Below, in pieces: positions 29,786 to 40,638 of a stretch of 64,000 nt of DNA. Source of the stretch: an uncultured Nitrospinota bacterium (GTDB taxonomy: Bacteria; Tectomicrobia; Entotheonellia; J063; CAVPRW01); NCBI GenBank assembly GCA_963707985.1, contig CAVPRW010000039.1, forward strand, positions 1-64,000. Direction: 5' to 3'. Each line of letters opens with the position of its first letter. Positions within the stretch are counted from its first letter, which is position 1. Both the position numbers and the translations under genes were made by a program. Below the pieces are notes generated by a model. The model was given only the letters and a program-made list of their open reading frames with translations. It made no database searches and was not told the DNA's origin.

Positions 29786-30835
29786 ATGGGAGAGATTTTG
29801 GGGATCGGGCTGACGCATTTCCCACCGTTGACGGGCAAAGATGAGCAGATGGGATGGATCCTAAAGCGTGCTCTGCAAGACCCAACTTTGCCCGAACAGT
29901 ACCGACGACCTGAGGGCTGGCCTGAAGCGATGCGGCAGGAATACGGCGCAGATGAAGGGAAAGCGGCTGCCGCCCGCCATCGTCAGGCCCATGCGATGCA
30001 CTTCCGCAAGGCGAAACAGCTGCTCGATGACTTCGCACCGGATTTCGTGGTGATCTGGGGCGACGATCAGTATGAGAATTTCAAAGAAGACATCATCCCA
30101 CCATTTTGCCTGATGGCCTACGAAGCGTTCGAGGTCAAACCTTGGGAAGATCGTCGTGGCCCCAACTTTTGGGATGAACCGAAAGACAAGACCTTCACCT
30201 ACCAGGGTCACCCCGCAGCCGCCAAGTTTCTCACCAACAGACTCCTGGAGTCCGGATTCGACCTGTCATACGCCTACAAACCGCTACATCACCATCTGGG
30301 ACATGCCTTTCTCAATACCCTGCTGTACCTGGACTACGATCGACAGGGGTTCACGCATCCCGTCGTGCCCTTCCAGGTGAATTGCTACGGTCGACGCGTC
30401 ATCTCCCAGCGCGGCGGGGTTGTGGGCTGGGGCAATTTGCCCACAGAAGATGAGCTCGACCCGCCATCGCCGGCGCCGTGGCGCTGCTTTGATTTGGGCG
30501 CCGCGACGGCGCGGGTGCTGAAAGACTCACCCTGGAAGGTCGCGCTGATTGCTTCCTCCAGCTGGTCGCACGCCTTCCTCACGCCCAAGAATCACTTGCT
30601 ATACCCAGACGTCGAGGCCGATCGCGCCCTCTACGAGGCGTTGCGCGCTGGTGACTATCAGAAGTGGCGCGACACACCGCTGTCGGCGATCGAGGAAAGC
30701 GGCCAGCAAGAGATGCTCAACTGGATGTGCCTGGCGGGAGCGATGGCGGAGCTTGGACGGAAACCGAGCGAGACAGCGCTGGTCCAAACCTACATCTTCA
30801 ACTCCAGCAAATGCTTTGCATACTTTAGGCCCTGA
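29786..30835 (+). CDS. LigB-type (class III) extradiol ring-cleavage dioxygenase family protein
   Basis: GIGLTHFP, PDFVVIWGDDQYENF, HAF, ALIASSSWSH, GQQEMLNW. Confidence 0.85.
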   Translation: MGEILGIGLTHFPPLTGKDEQMGWILKRALQDPTLPEQYRRPEGWPEAMRQEYGADEGKAAAARHRQAHAMHFRKAKQLLDDFAPDFVVIWGDDQYENFKEDIIPPFCLMAYEAFEVKPWEDRRGPNFWDEPKDKTFTYQGHPAAAKFLTNRLLESGFDLSYAYKPLHHHLGHAFLNTLLYLDYDRQGFTHPVVPFQVNCYGRRVISQRGGVVGWGNLPTEDELDPPSPAPWRCFDLGAATARVLKDSPWKVALIASSSWSHAFLTPKNHLLYPDVEADRALYEALRAGDYQKWRDTPLSAIEESGQQEMLNWMCLAGAMAELGRKPSETALVQTYIFNSSKCFAYFRP

Positions 30836-31106
30836 GCGCGGTGGAGTCAGGGGAGGGGAGAGGGTCGTTCCTCTGCCCCCTGCTGGGGGCCGAGAGCATC
30901 ATTCCGGCGCCAACCGAGCTGGATGTAGGGCAGCTGACACGCCTGGCCAAAGCAGTAATGCCCCTGTTGCGATGACAGGGTTGCCGCTCGACCTCTCTGG
31001 CCTGCTGGCAGGGCTTTTGACGGCCGCCCGAAGGCTGATATCCAAGCGCACGATTGCCGCGGACGGGTTCTTTCTCTCACCTGTGTAGCCGAGTGGAGGC
31101 CATGGC

Positions 31107-34100
31107 ATGCAGTGCCCCCGTTGCCTGGCCCAAAATCGCGAAGGACGTCGCTTCTGTGCCGAGTGCGGCGCGCCATTGGCTCTCCCCTGTGCTTCCTGTG
31201 GGTTCTCGAACGAACCGGGGGAAAAATTCTGCGGCGGCTGTGGCCTCGCTTTAACTCCCGCCGACCGACCCCCCAACTCGACCTCGCGTGCCGCGCACAT
31301 ATACACTCCGAGCTACCTTGCCGATAAGATTCTCACGCTGAAAAGTGCTCAAGAAGGCGAACGCAAGCAGGTGACGGTGCTCTTTGCCGACCTCAAGGAC
31401 TCGACAGAGCTCATCCGCGGCCTTGACCCGGAAGCCGCCCAGCGGCTGCTGGACCCTGCCCTGCAGCGCATGATGGACGCCGTGCACCGCTTCGAGGGCA
31501 CGGTGAATCAGGTGCTGGGCGACGGCATCATGGCCCTGTTTGGCGCCCCCATCGCGCATGAAGACCACGCCCTGCGCGCCTGCTATGCCGCCCTGGCGAT
31601 GCAGACCGCCATGCGTGCCTATACGGAGGAGGTACGTCGCGCCCACGGCCTGGAGATGCGTATCCGGGTGGGGCTCAACTCCGGCGAGGTGGTGGTGCGC
31701 GCCATCGGCAATGACCTGCACATGGACTATTCCGCTGTGGGGGAGACCACGCACCTGGCGGCACGTATGGAACAGCTCGCCACTCCGGGCAGCATCCGTC
31801 TCACGGCTGCGACCCTGCGTCTGGTGGAGGGCCTGGTGCAGGTCAATGCCCTGGGACCTGTGCCAGTCAAGGGCTTAGCCGAACCCGTGGAAATCTTCGA
31901 GCTGCTCGGAGCGAGCGGTACCCAGCGACGCGTACAGGCTGCCGCAGCACGTGGGCTGACGCGGTTTGTCGGTCGGCTGACGGAGATGGCCACCCTCACC
32001 GATGTCCTGGCGCAGGCTGGGGCGGGCCACGGTCAGGTGGTGGCGCTGGTCGGAGAGGCGGGAGTGGGCAAGTCGCGCCTGGTCTACGAGCTCACCCATT
32101 CCCACCATATCCGTGGCTGGCTGGTGTTGGAGAGCGTCTCGGTGTCGTATGGGAAAGCCACACCGTATTTCCCGGTCATCGATCTACTCAAGCGTTACGC
32201 TCATGTCGAGGAGCACGATGATCCGCGCGCCATCCGTGCCAAAGTCACCGGGCAGGTACTGACCCTAGACGAAGCGTTACAGGACACCATCCCTGCACTC
32301 CTGTCGTTATTAGACGGCCTCCCAGACGACAGCTCCTTCCTCCAGCTCGATCCATCGCAGCGACGCCAGCGCACGCTGACCGCGCTGAAGCGGGTGCTAC
32401 TGCAAGAGAGCCACGTGCAACCCCTGCTGCTCGTCTTCGAAGATCTGCATTGGATCGACTCCGAGACGCGGGCACTGCTCGACAGTCTGGTCGAAAGCTT
32501 GCCCACGGCCCGCTTGCTCCTCCTGGCGAACTATCGCCCCGAATACCAGCACGGCTGGGGCGCGAAGACTTACTACACGCAGGTGCGGCTCGATCCCTTG
32601 CCCCTCGTGAGCGCGGAGGAGCTCTTGCAGGTGCTCCTTGGGAACGACTCCGGTCTAGTGCCCCTCAAGCAGCTACTGATTACACGCACGGAGGGTAATC
32701 CGTTCTTTCTGGAAGAGAGCGTGCGAGCGCTCGTGGAAGCGGGGGTACTCGGCGGGGAACGGGGCGCTCATCGGCTCGATACTGCCCTCCAGAGCCTGCA
32801 GGTGCCCGCGACGGTGCAGGCGGTGTTGGCGGCGCGCATTGATCGACTGCCGCCTGAGGAGAAACGCCTCATGCAGACGGCGGCGGTGATTGGCAACGAA
32901 GTCCCTTTACCCTTGTTGCAGACCATTGCCGAGCTGCCCGACGAGGCGCTGCACCGTGGCCTGGCGCACCTCCAAGCGTCGGAGTTTCTGTATGAGACAC
33001 GCCTGTTCCCCGACCACGAATACACCTTTAAGCATGCCCTGACGCACGAGGTGACCTACGGTAGCCTCCTGCTGGAGCGGCGGCGGGGGCTACACGCGCG
33101 CATTGTCGAGGCCCTCGAGGTGCTCGCGCCCGAGCGGGTGGCCGAGCAGGGCGAACGCCTGGTGCACCATGCCCTACGGGGCGAGGTGTGGGACAAGGCC
33201 GTCACCTACTGCCGGCAGGCCGGCGCCAGGGCCCATGACCGTGCCGCGTTCCCCGAGGCAGTAGCCTCCTTCGAGCAGGCCCTCCAGGTCCTCGCGCACC
33301 TGCCCGAGTCCGGCGACACCCGGGGGGTGGCCATCGAGCTCCGCCTCGCGTTGGGACGCTCGCTGAACGCACTTGGAGAGCAGCAGCGGCGCCTCACCCT
33401 GATGGGGGAGGCCGAGGCCCTGGCCAGGGCGCTTGCCGACCGGGCTCAGCTGGGACGGGTGCTGGCCCAGATGGCCGCGGTACTCAGGCTCACGGGAGAC
33501 TACGACGGCGCCATGGCGGCGGGCCAGCAGGCCCTCGCGCTCGCGGTCGCGCTCGGCGACAGCGCCTTGCAGGGGGAAGCATCCTATCGCCTGGGGATGG
33601 CATACTTTGCCATCGGCGACTTCGGCCGGGCGACCGAGCTGCTACGGCGGAACGTGGAGGCTGCGGACAGGGAGTTTGGCACGCCCAGTACAGACGTGCG
33701 GATCCAGTCTCGGGCGTGGCTGGCGCAGACCTTGGGCCAGCTCGGGACATTCGCCGAGGGCCGGCGCCACGGGGAGGAGGCGCTCCGCCTCGCCACGCTG
33801 GCAGGCCGAGGGGTCACACCGATCGTTGCCCACGTCTGCCTCGGCGAGCTGTACCTCGCCCAAGGGGACCTGGAGCACGCCATCCGGGTGTTGGAGCAGT
33901 GCCTGGCCCTCTGTCGTGCCTCCGGCTACCGGGGTGGCTTTTTGCAAGCGAGCGTGACGGGCCTGGGCTATGCCTCTGCGCTCCAGGGGCGCCTCGCGGA
34001 GGGGCGAGCACTGCTGGAGGAGGCGATCAGCGAAAGTACCAGCCCGGCCGGGCTGGTAGGTCTTGCCTACGGGGTCGCATGGCTCAGCGAGGTGTGTCGT

Positions 34101-34466
34101 CTGGCTGGACACAGCGAGGAGGCCTGGCAGCATGCGCGCCAGGCGCTCGACCTGGCCCGGCAGCAGAAGGCACGCGGGGATGAGGCGCTCGCGCTGCACC
34201 AGCTTGGCGTCGTCCATGCCCACGCCGACCCCCCCGATGTCGCGCCGGCCGAAGCCCACTACCGGCAGGCCCTGGCCCTGGCCGAGGTACTCGGCATGCG
34301 TCCGCTCCAGGCCCATTGTCATTTCGGCCTCGGCACGCTGTATACGAAGATCGGCCGACGCGAGCAGGACCGCGCCGAGCTGTCCGCCGCCATTGAACTC
34401 TACCGCGCCATGGAGATGACCTTCTGGCTGCCCCAGGCAGAGGCGGGGCTGGCACAGGTAGAGTAA
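31107..34466 (+). CDS. adenylate/guanylate cyclase with double Zn-ribbon, AAA ATPase and TPR domains
   Basis: CPRC/CAEC/CASC/CGGC; ERKQVTVLFADL, LGDGIMALFGAP, LAARME; GEAGVGKSRL; EDLHWID; TPR tail. Confidence 0.95.
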   Translation: MQCPRCLAQNREGRRFCAECGAPLALPCASCGFSNEPGEKFCGGCGLALTPADRPPNSTSRAAHIYTPSYLADKILTLKSAQEGERKQVTVLFADLKDSTELIRGLDPEAAQRLLDPALQRMMDAVHRFEGTVNQVLGDGIMALFGAPIAHEDHALRACYAALAMQTAMRAYTEEVRRAHGLEMRIRVGLNSGEVVVRAIGNDLHMDYSAVGETTHLAARMEQLATPGSIRLTAATLRLVEGLVQVNALGPVPVKGLAEPVEIFELLGASGTQRRVQAAAARGLTRFVGRLTEMATLTDVLAQAGAGHGQVVALVGEAGVGKSRLVYELTHSHHIRGWLVLESVSVSYGKATPYFPVIDLLKRYAHVEEHDDPRAIRAKVTGQVLTLDEALQDTIPALLSLLDGLPDDSSFLQLDPSQRRQRTLTALKRVLLQESHVQPLLLVFEDLHWIDSETRALLDSLVESLPTARLLLLANYRPEYQHGWGAKTYYTQVRLDPLPLVSAEELLQVLLGNDSGLVPLKQLLITRTEGNPFFLEESVRALVEAGVLGGERGAHRLDTALQSLQVPATVQAVLAARIDRLPPEEKRLMQTAAVIGNEVPLPLLQTIAELPDEALHRGLAHLQASEFLYETRLFPDHEYTFKHALTHEVTYGSLLLERRRGLHARIVEALEVLAPERVAEQGERLVHHALRGEVWDKAVTYCRQAGARAHDRAAFPEAVASFEQALQVLAHLPESGDTRGVAIELRLALGRSLNALGEQQRRLTLMGEAEALARALADRAQLGRVLAQMAAVLRLTGDYDGAMAAGQQALALAVALGDSALQGEASYRLGMAYFAIGDFGRATELLRRNVEAADREFGTPSTDVRIQSRAWLAQTLGQLGTFAEGRRHGEEALRLATLAGRGVTPIVAHVCLGELYLAQGDLEHAIRVLEQCLALCRASGYRGGFLQASVTGLGYASALQGRLAEGRALLEEAISESTSPAGLVGLAYGVAWLSEVCRLAGHSEEAWQHARQALDLARQQKARGDEALALHQLGVVHAHADPPDVAPAEAHYRQALALAEVLGMRPLQAHCHFGLGTLYTKIGRREQDRAELSAAIELYRAMEMTFWLPQAEAGLAQVE

Positions 34467-34540
34467 AGGTAGAATGTAGGAGTGAAGCCTGTAAGGCGAG
34501 GGAACCGCCAAAACAATTCTTCGCCCAGCATGGGAGAATA

Positions 34541-34978
34541 GTGTTGAGTGTCTCAAGGGTTCCTCCCTTCAACGAAGCGGGGCACCTCCCACCCGGCATC
34601 CACCGAGCCTCAATGGCGGAGATAGTGTTGCGGTTCTGCGGTGGAGAAATCCGGGAGCGCTGGATCAGCATCCTAAGGGAAGTGATAGCGCTCGCCAGGA
34701 GCACAGAAAGCCTGGAAGCGGCTTATATCTTTGGCAGCTTTGTAACTGCCAAGGCCGCGCCGGCTGACATAGATCTCTTCCTAGTCATGTCGCGAGATTT
34801 TTCGAGCAACCAAGTCGTCGGGCGTGCTCGACTGCTGTTTGATCGTAGTCGAGCCGCTATCGTATGGGGAATATGCATTTACTGGATTACAGCTCGCACC
34901 GATCGTACCGCTTTCCTCGAGACTTGGCAACTTGGGCGCAGTGGCGGACAACAAGGTATTGTAGAGGTGGACCTATGA
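34541..34978 (+). CDS. DUF6932-like minimal nucleotidyltransferase
   Basis: PPFNEAGHLPPGIH N-terminus and IFGSFVTAK..PADIDL (GS...DxD) motif. Confidence 0.8.
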   Translation: MLSVSRVPPFNEAGHLPPGIHRASMAEIVLRFCGGEIRERWISILREVIALARSTESLEAAYIFGSFVTAKAAPADIDLFLVMSRDFSSNQVVGRARLLFDRSRAAIVWGICIYWITARTDRTAFLETWQLGRSGGQQGIVEVDL

Positions 34979-35181
34979 TTATGGACGATCAGGAGCTCGC
35001 GGTGACGCAACAGCGCATTCGGCGGCTTCAAGACCTGCTACTCAAGTTGCGCCGGTCCGAAACAGCTGAGAACTATGCTGTCATTTCGAGTGCCTACCTG
35101 TTGGACATCGACAGAATGAACGAGGAGGTCCGTTGTTATCTGGCGAGCCTTCCTGCAGAGCAAACCGAAGCGATTCGTTAG
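34975..35181 (+). CDS. 68-aa coiled-coil protein, putative antitoxin partner
   Basis: ATGA overlap with the NTase, RBS GAGGTGG; MIMDDQELAVTQQRIRRLQDLL...DIDRMNEEVRCYL. Confidence 0.7.
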   Translation: MIMDDQELAVTQQRIRRLQDLLLKLRRSETAENYAVISSAYLLDIDRMNEEVRCYLASLPAEQTEAIR

Positions 35182-35369
35182 AGGCGATTACCAAGGTATC
35201 AGGCCACGATATTTGACTGCGTAATACAGCATGAGTTGCACTGATCGAGGTAATCGGGCGGATCGCGCAGAAGTGCGCACTACAACTAACACATTGTGCA
35301 GGGGAACCCTGACGAAGGGGATCGAGCTCCCCGACGGAACATCGACGCAGAGGGGAAAGGAGGTAGGCT

Positions 35370-36497
35370 GTGAGCGGACTGAAATTGATCTCGGCAGACT
35401 CGCATGTGAATGAACCCGGCGATCTATGGGTGGAGCGCATTGACAAATCGTTCCGTGAACGCGCGCCGCGCATCGTCGAAAATCCTCCCGGGCAGCGACC
35501 TGGAGCTTATCTGATGCTAGAAGGCATGCCCCCCATTCACATGGCTCAAGGGATCGGCGCCGGGAAGAAGCCCGAAGAGCTCCCAGAGTTTTTCCGTTCC
35601 TTCACTTATAAAGATGTCCGTCCTGGCGGCTGGGATCCAGCCGAGCGCCTCAAAGATATGGATCTGGACGGCGTCGAAGCTGAGGTGATATACACCACTC
35701 TGGGATTCCGGCAATTCTGGCTCGAAGATGCGGCCTTTCAGCGCGCCTGCTTTCAGGTTTATAACGACTGGCTAGCCGAGTATTGTGCCTACGCCCCCAA
35801 GCGCCTCATCGGGTTGGCGATGATCTCGCTCTATGACATCGACGAGGCGGTGCGTGACCTACGTCGCTGCGCGAAACAAGGGCTACGCGGCGCGATGATC
35901 TGGTGCTCACCCCCGCAGGACCGCCCTTACAACGCCTCGCTCTACGATCCTTTCTGGGCCGAAGCCCAGGAGCTGAACATGCCCATCAGCCTGCATAGCA
36001 TCACGGGCGCAGGACCAGAAAGCCGCCTGCTCGTCAAGGACCCGATGGACCGTTACCTGCGCTCGACGGTGCTCAGCCATGAAGTGCAGCGCACCTTTAC
36101 CACGCTCATCTTCTCTGGCGTTCTAGAGCGTTTCCCCCGGCTCATGTTCGTGTCGGCCGAAAACGAGGTCGGCTGGCTGACCTTCTTCCTGCAAAAGCTG
36201 GATCAGGCGCAAGATGAGTACCAGTATCTCTATCCCTCTCCCCTCAAGATGAAACCCAGCGAGTATTTCCAGCGGCAGTGCTATGCCACCTTCATCGATG
36301 ACCCGGTCGGAGTGGCCACCCGTCGATTCATCGGCATCGACAATATGATGTGGTCCTCGGATTATCCGCATACCGTCTCCACCTGGCCACACTCCCAGGA
36401 GGTGGTCGAGCGCGACTTTCAGGGCGTCCCGGAGTCGGAGAAATGGCGTATGGTGCGGGGGAACGCGATCCAGCTCTACGCCCTCGACCTGCCATAG
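35370..36497 (+). CDS. amidohydrolase family 2 protein
   Basis: ISADSHVNEP, RLKDMDLDGV, ISLHS, MWSSDYPH. Confidence 0.93.
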   Translation: MSGLKLISADSHVNEPGDLWVERIDKSFRERAPRIVENPPGQRPGAYLMLEGMPPIHMAQGIGAGKKPEELPEFFRSFTYKDVRPGGWDPAERLKDMDLDGVEAEVIYTTLGFRQFWLEDAAFQRACFQVYNDWLAEYCAYAPKRLIGLAMISLYDIDEAVRDLRRCAKQGLRGAMIWCSPPQDRPYNASLYDPFWAEAQELNMPISLHSITGAGPESRLLVKDPMDRYLRSTVLSHEVQRTFTTLIFSGVLERFPRLMFVSAENEVGWLTFFLQKLDQAQDEYQYLYPSPLKMKPSEYFQRQCYATFIDDPVGVATRRFIGIDNMMWSSDYPHTVSTWPHSQEVVERDFQGVPESEKWRMVRGNAIQLYALDLP

Positions 36498-36510
36498 GAG
36501 GAGGCGTACC

Positions 36511-36900
36511 ATGGTGCAAGAGGTATTCTTCTTCACTGAGAAGGCCTATTCCGGCTATCCGCACGACGTTGCCGCGCAACGCGGCTATACCGCCCTGATG
36601 CTACCCAATGCCTATTTCGATCCAGCCAAGGCTCACGACTTCATCGTCACGACGTGGACCACACCTGGACCGTTCCACCAGGTCATTACCGGCACTCCGG
36701 ACAGCATTATCCCCAAACTCCAAAAGGTGATCGACGTGGTGAATCCCGCCTGGCTGGTGCTGTGGGCGCGCGAGGGACTGATGTCACACGCCGCCGCGAT
36801 GCGCTCCATTGAGCTTCTGGGCAAGGAGGTGATTCCGGCCATCAAGGGGTATCAGCCGAGTAGTGACGGTCAGCAAGGGGCTCGGGAGAACAACTCATGA
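36511..36900 (+). pseudogene. internally deleted luciferase-like (LLM) monooxygenase
   Basis: N-terminus FFFTEKAY...LPNAYFDPAKAH is fused to WTTPGPF and the C-terminus ITGTPDSI...MRSIELLGKEVIPAI; only 129 aa. Confidence 0.7.
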
Positions 36901-37781
36901 AACCGGCGCCATTCGAGTATTTTGCCCCGACGGATATGGCGGAAGCGCTGGACTTGCTGTCCCGCTATGGCGACGAGGCCAAAATCCTGGCCGGTGGTCA
37001 GAGCCTCATGCCGTTGATGAACATGCGGCTGGCCAGGCCACACGTCCTCATCGATATCAATCGGCTCTCAGGGCTCAGCCACATCTCCCAGAGTGCCAAT
37101 GGTGCGCTCACTATCGGTGCACTGACGCGGCAACGAGCCATCGAGCGCGCCAGTCTGATCCGAACACAGTATCCACTGCTGGCGGGAGTGATGCCATCTA
37201 TCGGGCATTTCCAGATCCGCAACCGGGGGACGATTGGGGGCTCGATCGTGCATGCCGACCCGGCGGCGGAGCTTCCAGCGCTGTGCATGGCTCTGGAGGC
37301 AGAGTTTGTCTTGCATAGCGCCATGCATCAGCGCACGATCGGCGCGGCAGATTTCTTTCGCACCTATCTCACCACGGCGATCGAACCCGTCGAATTGCTC
37401 ACGGAGATCCGTTTTCCGCCCTGGCAAGCTCAGTGGCGCTGGGGTTTTCATGAAGTCTGCCGTCGAGAGGGGGATTTTGCCCTGGTCGGCGCCGTGGTTG
37501 TGCTGCACATGGATAGCGACGAGCTATGCCAGGCGGCGAGCCTCACCATGTTCGGGATCGGCGGCACCCCAGTTCGACCGCCGAGGGCAGAAGCACTGCT
37601 GTTGGGACAACGACTGGAGGGTCACGTACTTGACCGGCTGGCGAGTGTCGTAGCGGCCGAACTGGAGCCGGATTCGGACATCCACGCCTCCGCCGAGTAT
37701 CGCCGAGAGGTCGGCGGGGTGGTCGCCCGCAGGGCAGTCGAGATGGCCCTCGGCAACGCGAGGAGAGACAGCGAGCAATGA
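36897..37781 (+). CDS. molybdenum hydroxylase FAD subunit (CoxM/XdhA-like)
   Basis: MKPAPFEY, ILAGGQSL, QIRNRGTIGGSIVHADP, DIHASAEYR. Confidence 0.93.
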   Translation: MKPAPFEYFAPTDMAEALDLLSRYGDEAKILAGGQSLMPLMNMRLARPHVLIDINRLSGLSHISQSANGALTIGALTRQRAIERASLIRTQYPLLAGVMPSIGHFQIRNRGTIGGSIVHADPAAELPALCMALEAEFVLHSAMHQRTIGAADFFRTYLTTAIEPVELLTEIRFPPWQAQWRWGFHEVCRREGDFALVGAVVVLHMDSDELCQAASLTMFGIGGTPVRPPRAEALLLGQRLEGHVLDRLASVVAAELEPDSDIHASAEYRREVGGVVARRAVEMALGNARRDSEQ

Positions 37782-38248
37782 CGGCGAAGCGGACGATTCA
37801 GGTGACAGTGAACGGCAGAGCCTACGAACGTACAGTCGAAGTGCGCCTGACCCTGGCCGACTTTCTGCGCGACGAGTTGGATCTCACCGGCACGCATCTC
37901 GGCTGCGAACATGGCATGTGCGGCGCTTGCACGATCCTTTTTGACGGCGAGGCGGTACGGTCCTGCCTGTTGCTTGCCGTGCAGGCGAATGGAGCTGATC
38001 TCACGACCGTGGAGGGCCTGGCTCAAGGCGAGGGACTCCATCCGCTGCAACAGGCATTTCACGAGAACCACGCTCTGCAATGCGGTTTCTGTACCCCAGG
38101 GTTTCTGATGACCGCTGTGGCGTTCCTCCAGGAATCCCAGAACCCCACCGAAGCGCAGGTCAGAGAGGCGATCTCCGGCAACATCTGCCGTTGCACCGGG
38201 TACGCCCCCATCGTGCAGGCCATCTTGCAAGCCAGTCAGGGAGGATGA
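37778..38248 (+). CDS. molybdenum hydroxylase 2Fe-2S subunit (CoxS-like)
   Basis: GCEHGMCGACT, QCGFCTPG, NICRCTGY. Confidence 0.95.
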   Translation: MTAKRTIQVTVNGRAYERTVEVRLTLADFLRDELDLTGTHLGCEHGMCGACTILFDGEAVRSCLLLAVQANGADLTTVEGLAQGEGLHPLQQAFHENHALQCGFCTPGFLMTAVAFLQESQNPTEAQVREAISGNICRCTGYAPIVQAILQASQGG

Positions 38249-38249
38249 G

Positions 38250-40033
38250 ATGCAGCAGACTTACATCGGGGCACCGATTCGGCGACGGGAGGATTTCCGC
38301 CTGCTCACCGGACAGGCCACTTTTACCGACGATATCAAGCTCCCCCACATGCTCCATGCCGCGATCCTGCGCAGCCCACATGCCCACGCCAGGCTCACCG
38401 CCATCGATGCGACGAGGGCACTGGCGATCCCCGGCGTCGTCGCGGTGTTCACCTTTCAGGACATTGCCCCATTGGCCAAACCGATACCGGTCAGACTCTA
38501 TCCATTGCCGGGTTTGGAGCGGTTTCTGCAATATCCCCTAGCACGGGACAGAGTCCGCCATGTGGGCGAGCCGGTGGCGGTCGTCGTGGCCGAAAACCGT
38601 TACCTGGCCGAGGACGGCCTAGATGCCATGGACGTTACCTATGAGCCGCTACCAGCGGTCACCGATGTGCATCAGGCATTGCAACAACAGGTGCTCATCC
38701 ACGAGGAGCCAGGCACGAATCTGGCCGCCCGCTACACCCTCGACCTCGGCGATATCGAGGAGGCCTTTGGCGGCGCCGCATACCGTCGCAAGGAAGTGTT
38801 CAAGGTGCATCGCCACACCGGAAATCCGCTTGAGACCCGCGGCCTAGTGGCGAGCTACGATGCCGTGCGTGGTGAGTTTACCGTATGGGGGGAGACCAAG
38901 GTCCCACATTTTAACCGGGCCATCCTGGCCTTGTTTCTCGATGTGCCCGAGTCTACGATACACTTCATCGAGCCCGACGTCGGGGGAGGTTTTGGCATAC
39001 GCGGGGAGTTCTATCCTGAGGACTTTCTCATTCCATTCGCGGCTATGAAACTCGGGAGACCGGTGAAATGGTCGGATGTTTTGTGAAGAACACCGGGCAA
39101 GGTCCGTTCGAGGGAGCGAGAGTAGCGGTAAACGGCGCCAATCAGATCGCCGTGTATCTGGGTATCACTTCTCTGGGGCAGGGCCATGAGACGACTATGG
39201 CACAGATCTGTGCCGACACCCTTGGACTTCCCTTGGACATCTTTACGATTTTTCATGGCGGCACCGATACGATGCCTTTCGGCGTCGGGACCTTTGGCAG
39301 TCGTGGCACCGTGATGGCGGGCAACGCCGTCCACCTGGCCTGCCAGAAGTTACGCGACAAGGCGCTGGCCATCGCCAGTCGCTACCTCAAGTTGGATGCG
39401 GTGCAACTCGTCTTCCGGAATGGTCAGGTCTATCGTCAAGGCGCGGAAGACCATGTGCTCCTGGGGCTGGATGAACTGGTGCGACTGGCCGGGCCGGCGA
39501 GCCCCTATAATCTGGAAGAACCGGGGCTCGAGGCCACCGCTTACTTTAAATCTAATCAACTCACCTACACCTACGGTACCCATGTCGCCCATGTCGCCGT
39601 TGATCCGAAGACCGGCAAGGTCGAGGTCCTCCGCTATGTGGTGGTGGAGGACATCGGACGCTGCATCAATCCGTTGATCGTGCATGGGCAAACCGTCGGC
39701 GCAGCTGTGCAGGGCATTGGTGCAACGATCCTCGAAGAGTTGGTCTACGGTGCCAATGGCCAACTGCTGTCGGGGACGTTCATGGATTATACGTTGCCCA
39801 CGAGCACGGATGCCCCAGCTATCGACAGCATCATCCTGGAAGAGGCTCCCTCACCGCTCAATCCCCTGGGAGTCAAAGGAGCCGGGGAGGGAGGTATTGT
39901 CGCCACCGGTGCCGCCCTGGCCAACGCCGTTAGCCATGCCTTGGCCTCTCTGAGAATTCAGGTGACCGAATTACCTCTCAATCCTAACAAAATACATAGT
40001 TGGATTCGGGTGAGCGGTACGCAGTCCCTCTGA
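38250..40033 (+). pseudogene. molybdopterin-binding large subunit (CoxL-like) with internal deletion and frameshift at ~39070
   Basis: 5' part ends VGGGFGIR...GRPVKW and joins out of frame to VGCFVKNTGQGPFEGA...GQGHET, GTFGSR, GVKGAGEGG; the middle section is missing. Confidence 0.85.
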
Positions 40034-40638
40034 TCATCGATAGGTCCTCGCCCATGATCGCCCCCGACGAGATCCGCCACTGGTAGGGACCAGGCACATC
40101 CCGAACAAGTGGTGTGATCTGCAAGTCTTTGAGGGCATTGGGCCAGAGGGTGATGTTCGACCGGGTGCATGAGCAGAGTGCCGAGAAAGAGGGTGCACAG
40201 GTCGATCGAACCATCGGCCAGAAAATCTCCTGGGTTAGATATCATGTCTTGATATGTCTTCGGACAGGGGACTTGATGCATGTGAACTACAAACTCGGGA
40301 CGTACCTCTCTTGTAGGCTGATGCGCAAGTTGCTGGTTCACGTGCTGATCGAGCAACAGGTCAGAGAGACAAGGAACCTCGGCCCTGTGGTGTCTATGTC
40401 GTCTATGGTCCGGCAGAGAGGAACCCAGGCAAGCGTTTGCCGGCATGCCTGGATACCACGCATCTAACTGGCATGAGCCGTGCACCTTGGGGATTCACGG
40501 CGGGTGCGACCCAAGCGCCCTGCGTGAGGAGATCTCTCTTCAGAGGGATACACGGAGGCGCCGAGCCGCCAGCTGAAGGGGCGAGCGCTGCAAACATGGC
40601 TGTCTCCACTTTTGGCATACCACCCGGAGGAGCTTGAG

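Noticed and set aside
38250..40033. Aerobic CO dehydrogenase (CoxL form I/II) call
   Set aside because: The diagnostic active-site loop lies in the deleted segment; only a generic Mo-hydroxylase call is supported.
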